DNA from: Promethearchaeota archaeon Loki_b31
Lineage (GTDB): Archaea > Asgardarchaeota > Lokiarchaeia > Sigyniarchaeales > SOKP01
Assembly: GCA_005222975.1 (NCBI GenBank)
Contig: NJBI01000082.1
Location: 1-11,664, forward strand
Direction: 5' to 3'
Length of the DNA: 11,664 nucleotides
Below are positions 7,352 to 11,664 of this stretch, one piece after another. Position numbers and translations under genes: made by a program. The notes under the pieces were generated by a model, which was given only the letters and a program-made list of their open reading frames with translations, was not told where the DNA came from and searched no databases. How positions within the stretch are numbered: the stretch's first letter is position 1; the number at the start of each line of letters is the position of its first letter.

Positions 7352-7648
7352 ATGACTTATTTTTTAGCTACAGCTACATTTCCGCCCCATAAGGCAACTG
7401 AAGTAGGAAAGACATTTCCAAATCTACCTAAATTACCCGATTTCGTTAAACAACTCTTTATTTTCGTAGTGCCTAGTAGTGATATTAAAGCTTACAGTCT
7501 ATTTGAAGTTCCAGATGATAAAGCTCACGAAGGATATGTCGCAATGACAAAGAGATATACGGGTTATTTTGGAATTGAAGGATATAAATTTACAATAGAG
7601 CTTTTATTGACTGCAAAAGATGCTTTAGCTTTAATAGGACTCGGTTAA
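7352..7648 (+). CDS. Small hypothetical protein (98 aa; probable ferredoxin-like alpha/beta fold)
   Basis: ATG at 7352 is preceded by the archaeal SD AGGTGA (7341-7346), which contains the GTG used by the ORF track. Alternating beta/alpha pattern ending in TAKDALALIGLG. Followed by a T-tract. Confidence 0.8.
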   Translation: MTYFLATATFPPHKATEVGKTFPNLPKLPDFVKQLFIFVVPSSDIKAYSLFEVPDDKAHEGYVAMTKRYTGYFGIEGYKFTIELLLTAKDALALIGLG

Positions 7649-7683
7649 GAACCAAAAAAACTACTAATTAAAAAATTCTTAAA

Positions 7684-7695
7684 TTTTTTTTTTTT
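7684..7695 (+). terminator. Oligo-T tract, putative archaeal terminator
   Basis: 12 consecutive T beginning 36 nt after the stop at 7648. Confidence 0.45.
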
Positions 7696-7825
7696 ATTCA
7701 AATAATTGGATAATTATCAATTAGTTTGATGATTAATTGGATTAAAAATATAAATTAAGAATTTCAAACACTATTTAAGCAATTAACATAATTTTTGCAA
7801 TCCCATAAAAATAATAAAAACAACT

Positions 7826-9007
7826 ATGTATGATGTAATTATTTCTGGAGCCGGCCCCGCAGGGTCAAAGTGTGCTGAACATCTAGCTAAAAAAGGATTA
7901 AAAGTAGCGTTAATCGAACGGGATACAACTTGGAGAAAGCCAGGTGGTGGAGGTTGTAGTGTAAGATTATTCAAATATTTTCCCCAATTAAAGAAGCTTG
8001 ATCTTATTAATAAACACACTATAGCGATGTATTCGGCAGACTACACTAAATTTGAATATAATTATAAAGATTATAATGAATATTCGTTTGTAATGGATAG
8101 ATTAAAATTTGATAACGTAATTAGAGATATTGCTATTGACGCAGGAGCAGAATTATTTGATAAAAACATGTCATTTGATTTTGTTTATAAAAACGGACAA
8201 AAAATAGGGGTTAAAACAAAAAGTTCGAGCGGAGTTAATGAATTTTTTGGTAAAATAATCATAGTTGCGGATGGTATGAGTTCCAAATTAGCGTTAAAGT
8301 CTAACATAAGGCGCATTTGGAAGGTGGAAGATTTAGGCTTAGCAAAATGTGCAATTTTAGAAGGAGATAATAATTTGGATATTAATAAGGTTTATTTTTA
8401 TTTCCGTCCACATATGGGATACGGATGGATTTTTCCTATTTCTGATAAACGCTTCAATGTTGGAGTTATTACATATAATAACAATAATTATAGATTTAAT
8501 GCGATAACTCTTTTTAAAAAATTTTTAAAAGACCCAAATATCCAACATTTCTTATTTAAATCAAATTATAGCGAGATATGGTCTGGAGCTTTTCCTGGAC
8601 CTGCGTGCGGTGTGCTTGAAAAAAGCCTATACGATAACAATTTAATGATTATTGGGGATGCGGCTGGTTTCGTTGCACCGATAACGGGGGAAGGAATTCA
8701 CGCAGGCGTAGTGTCCGGTCAAATTGCTGCTGAAACGGCTGTGAGTGCTTTAGAAAGAAATGATTTCTCTACTAAGGTTCTACAGGAGTATAAACGACAT
8801 CCAAACATCAAAAAAATAATTAGGAACTTTAAATTAATGAAGTCATTTGGAAATTTCTTTTACGAAAAAAACGGTTTATATTTAAGTAATACATTCAAAA
8901 TTGCTGAACAAGATCCAGGATTTAAGAAGATCGTGGCTGATGTATTTCTATTCAATAAAATACCACCGAAAGATTTTATTGTAAAAATTAAAAATTATAA
9001 AACTTGA
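7826..9007 (+). CDS. Geranylgeranyl reductase (GGR/DGGR)-family FAD-dependent oxidoreductase
   Basis: GAGPAG Rossmann motif, DRLKFD, ADG, GYGWIFP (YxWxFP), GDAAGFVAPITGEGI. Confidence 0.92.
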   Translation: MYDVIISGAGPAGSKCAEHLAKKGLKVALIERDTTWRKPGGGGCSVRLFKYFPQLKKLDLINKHTIAMYSADYTKFEYNYKDYNEYSFVMDRLKFDNVIRDIAIDAGAELFDKNMSFDFVYKNGQKIGVKTKSSSGVNEFFGKIIIVADGMSSKLALKSNIRRIWKVEDLGLAKCAILEGDNNLDINKVYFYFRPHMGYGWIFPISDKRFNVGVITYNNNNYRFNAITLFKKFLKDPNIQHFLFKSNYSEIWSGAFPGPACGVLEKSLYDNNLMIIGDAAGFVAPITGEGIHAGVVSGQIAAETAVSALERNDFSTKVLQEYKRHPNIKKIIRNFKLMKSFGNFFYEKNGLYLSNTFKIAEQDPGFKKIVADVFLFNKIPPKDFIVKIKNYKT

Positions 9008-9039
9008 GTTTATTCACGTCATGGGTCTATAGTATTTCG

Positions 9040-9582
9040 TTAATAACTTAATGATGCTTTATACATTTCTAAAGCTAATTTAGAAAATACATCGTCTACT
9101 TTAGTGCCAAGTTTCGCGCTTGTTTCATAATATTCGCGAGCAGTCAATACTTGTTTGAGGATATTGGTATCTTCCAGTTTAATAATCCTATTTTCATGAT
9201 TTAGCAAATCAAGCTTGTTCCCTACTAAAATATTTGGTTGCACGCCTATTTTACTCTCAACTTCTTCTTTCCAGGTTAATAAATTATCGAAAGTTTCTCT
9301 ACGCGTTAAATCGAAAGTGTATACGATTCCTTTCGCACCTTTATAAAACGCGTATCTAACCCATCTAAAACGAGGTTGCCCAGCTAAATCCCATACTTGT
9401 AAAGTCAATACACTCTTAACATTGGGGATCTTGACATATTTCACAAAAAAGTTAGAACCAATCGTTCTTTGGGCACCTGGAACAAACCTTCTCTTTAGAT
9501 ATTGATTTAGCATAGTAGTTTTTCCTACTTCAGAATCTCCGACAATACACACTTTATAAAAGAACTTGTTGTACCCAACCAT
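9040..9582 (-). CDS. Rab-like small GTPase (Ras superfamily)
   Basis: G1 GDSEVGKT, G2 TIG, G3 WDLAGQ, G4 NKLD, G5 ETSAK. RabF-like elements IGSNF, LQVW, RFRWV and FYKGA. No C-terminal Cys. Confidence 0.95.
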   Translation of the reverse strand: MVGYNKFFYKVCIVGDSEVGKTTMLNQYLKRRFVPGAQRTIGSNFFVKYVKIPNVKSVLTLQVWDLAGQPRFRWVRYAFYKGAKGIVYTFDLTRRETFDNLLTWKEEVESKIGVQPNILVGNKLDLLNHENRIIKLEDTNILKQVLTAREYYETSAKLGTKVDDVFSKLALEMYKASLSY

Positions 9583-9725
9583 TTTTGACTTGCTTAACAG
9601 ATATGCCTAATTTTAATTGTGATATAAAGTTTATAATTTTATATTTAAGCATAAATTTATTTTAATTGTAAGTTATTATTTTAAAAAGAATAAAGTAATT
9701 AATCAACAAACTTCGACTTTTTAAC

Positions 9726-10967
9726 ATGAGCAAGGATTTAAAAGATTTAATAGATATGGCTGAAGAAGACGAAAAGACTCGAGCTCAGTTGGAAGAAAAT
9801 GTTGAAACTCTAAAACGCGAGATCGTTAAGTTAAATAAAAAAGTAAAAGAGAAAACTTCTTTAGCTAAAATTGATTATGTGAAACCTGCTGAAGAATTTA
9901 ATGAATCTGAAGAAATAAATGTTTTAAAAAGTTTAATCGCTTCACAGAAGCAAGAGCTAGCAGGAAAGATTCATGAGACAGAGGTTCTACAACAGAAAAT
10001 GGAAGAGATAAATCTCGAATTAGAAAATGTTAGAGATTCTTTTACTGATTCTGTTAAAGACCAAGTTTTAATAAAAACTCAAAATTCGCTTAATAATCTG
10101 ATTGAAGATTACGGTAGGCTAGAGGGTATTATTAACTCATTAAACGAAAAAATCTCTGAATTAGAGAAAGAAAATAAACTACTGACTGAAAGCTCAACGA
10201 ACTTAAAATCTGAAAGCTCTAAAGTGGAACAATTGGAAGCGGAAATATACGGGCTAAAAAGGCAACTAAACGATTTTGAAAGAAGTAAAAAATTACTCGA
10301 AGATAAAATTCATACATTAAAAAGCAAGCAAAGGTCTGTTGAAGAATTAGAGAAAGTTTTAGAGAGCTTAGAGAACAGAAACATAGAATTTAATAAAGAA
10401 AGACAACAATTAAAAGAAGATTTAAAAGCCACAAAGACTGAGCTATTTAAATTTTCCAAAAAAGAAGAGAGAGTATCCGATTTAAAGAATAAAATCGAAG
10501 AGCTAAAAAAAGAAAACATAAATCTTAAAGAAAAAGATACGCTTTTGTTAGCTAAAACAATAACAGCGATAAATGTGCAACAAAAAAAACACACACCAGT
10601 TTTAAAAGATACACCACCAAAAACAGAAAAAGTTTCAGAAGTTGATTTAGAAGTAAAGCAAGAGAAGGCAAAAGAACAAACAAAAGTTTTACTACAAAAG
10701 CCAGAAATAAAAAGCGATTTGGTTCCAACTGATATTAAGACGGATTTGAGCCGAACTTCAGAACCTGAAGAATTAGGGATTAAGGACGAGATACCAATAG
10801 AATCTTCTGAGGAAATAGTTATACGCAAAAAAAAGTGTCCAAATTGTGGAAATACTAATAAATCGCATATTCGTGAAGTTGACGATAAAACCAGATTAAT
10901 ATACACTTATCCAAAGATATACGCTAAAATGTATAAATGCGGTCAATGCGGAGCGGAATGGCGATAA
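9726..10967 (+). CDS. Long coiled-coil protein with C-terminal C4 zinc ribbon
   Basis: About 280 aa of E/K/L heptad-rich sequence, then a P/E/K/T-rich linker, then C371-x2-C-x30-C-x2-C-GAEWR. No Walker A motif, so it is not a true SMC. Confidence 0.88.
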   Translation: MSKDLKDLIDMAEEDEKTRAQLEENVETLKREIVKLNKKVKEKTSLAKIDYVKPAEEFNESEEINVLKSLIASQKQELAGKIHETEVLQQKMEEINLELENVRDSFTDSVKDQVLIKTQNSLNNLIEDYGRLEGIINSLNEKISELEKENKLLTESSTNLKSESSKVEQLEAEIYGLKRQLNDFERSKKLLEDKIHTLKSKQRSVEELEKVLESLENRNIEFNKERQQLKEDLKATKTELFKFSKKEERVSDLKNKIEELKKENINLKEKDTLLLAKTITAINVQQKKHTPVLKDTPPKTEKVSEVDLEVKQEKAKEQTKVLLQKPEIKSDLVPTDIKTDLSRTSEPEELGIKDEIPIESSEEIVIRKKKCPNCGNTNKSHIREVDDKTRLIYTYPKIYAKMYKCGQCGAEWR

Positions 10968-11015
10968 TAAAAAGCGATTTTTAGAGTAAAAATTAAAAAT
11001 TTATATTACTAACCA

Positions 11016-11489
11016 TTAAGACATAAATTGTCGAGAAAAATTCTTGATTTTGTCTAGATGAAGCTTATTTTTAATTTCTTTTTTAGTTATTGCAAGCGTT
11101 GATACTGGTGTCTTCTCGCATAATTTTCTCATGCTTTCAAAAGTTTGAGGTCCACCTTTCCCGCCCATTGTGCAATAAAAAGCTACGCTTTTAAATCGGT
11201 TTTTATTTTCAGTAATATATGTTCTTATTGCAGGAGTCATTCTCTTGTTCCAAATAGGCGTTCCGAGAATAACTGTGTCGTATAATTTAGGATCTTTCTG
11301 GATTGTTTTAATTATTGTCAATTTTTCCCTTGTAGCAGCAAAACCTGAATTTATAAAGCCAATAATAAATCCTTTTCGCTTTTTAGTATCAAGAATTTCT
11401 TCATATTCACAGTTCATTTCTGTCGAAATCAATTCAGCAATTTTTTTAGTTCTACCCGTTCTTGAATAAAATACCAATAAACATTTCAT
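11016..11489 (-). CDS. Flavodoxin-family protein
   Basis: FYSRTGRT phosphate-binding loop, LGTPIW, FYCTMGG; 157 aa. Confidence 0.92.
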   Translation of the reverse strand: MKCLLVFYSRTGRTKKIAELISTEMNCEYEEILDTKKRKGFIIGFINSGFAATREKLTIIKTIQKDPKLYDTVILGTPIWNKRMTPAIRTYITENKNRFKSVAFYCTMGGKGGPQTFESMRKLCEKTPVSTLAITKKEIKNKLHLDKIKNFSRQFMS

Positions 11490-11664
11490 AATAAATGATA
11501 TAATTCTCTAAAAACTTAAAAAATTATTTGTAATAATTGAGTAAATTTTAATTTTTTTTGCTTTTACTCTTTTTTGGATTTCTTAAATCCTTCACTCGTT
11601 ATATATATTTTCTATACAAGTTCATTTAATGTCGGATATTTTAAGACATATAACAAATTTAATT

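Noticed and set aside
7352-7648. Small gene after the MTase as a restriction endonuclease, Vsr or controller protein
   Set aside because: No PD-(D/E)xK, HNH, GIY-YIG, Vsr or HTH motif is recognisable. It is separated by about 190 bp and has its own SD.
9005-9043. TGA stop of GGR as selenocysteine read-through
   Set aside because: The protein is already full length, the TGA is not at a catalytic Cys position, and no SECIS-like hairpin is evident.
1910-9582. Proto-prenylation pathway (ICMT-like + geranylgeranyl reductase + Rab-like GTPase)
   Set aside because: The GTPase ends YKASLSY with no CAAX/CC/CXC motif, and no prenyltransferase is present. ICMT-family and GGR genes are common in prokaryotes and are not adjacent here.
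9726-10967. Annotation as SMC/Rad50
   Set aside because: There is no Walker A/B motif, ABC signature or hinge; it is only coiled coil plus a terminal Zn ribbon.
7783-11469. ORFs 7783-8019 (-), 10310-10906 (-) and 11245-11469 (+)
   Set aside because: Antisense shadows of well-supported genes. The F/S/L-rich 198-aa ORF simply mirrors E/K-rich coiled-coil codons.
11490-11664. Possible gene end or RNA at the right edge
   Set aside because: AT-rich, with only very short open frames and no recognisable structure. It cannot be called from this window.

Overview
AT-rich archaeal chromosomal segment, almost certainly from an Asgard archaeon (Lokiarchaeia/Promethearchaeia-like). The assignment rests on a Loki-type profilin, a Rab-like small GTPase without a prenylation tail, a RING-finger protein and a geranylgeranyl-reductase-family gene. 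Gene order: 3' end of a Pro/Glu tandem-repeat protein (frame +1, missed by the ORF track), MFS transporter (-), ICMT/PEMT-family membrane methyltransferase (-), Zn-ribbon + C4HC3 RING protein (+), EFR1-type flavodoxin-ferredoxin (+), secreted/lipobox protein (-), Mig-like HhH-GPD mismatch glycosylase (-), profilin (+), C5-cytosine DNA methyltransferase (+), small hypothetical (+), GGR-family flavoprotein (+), Rab-like GTPase (-), coiled-coil + Zn-ribbon protein (+), flavodoxin (-). Two arrangements stand out. One is an orphan 5mC methyltransferase plus T:G glycosylase pair with a profilin gene between them and no restriction nuclease in the window. The other is a head-to-head Rab-like GTPase and coiled-coil/Zn-finger protein resembling a Rab-effector/tether pair. 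No RNA genes, CRISPR arrays or mobile elements were recognised. All family calls come from motif recognition by eye and recalled reference sequences; no database searches were run.
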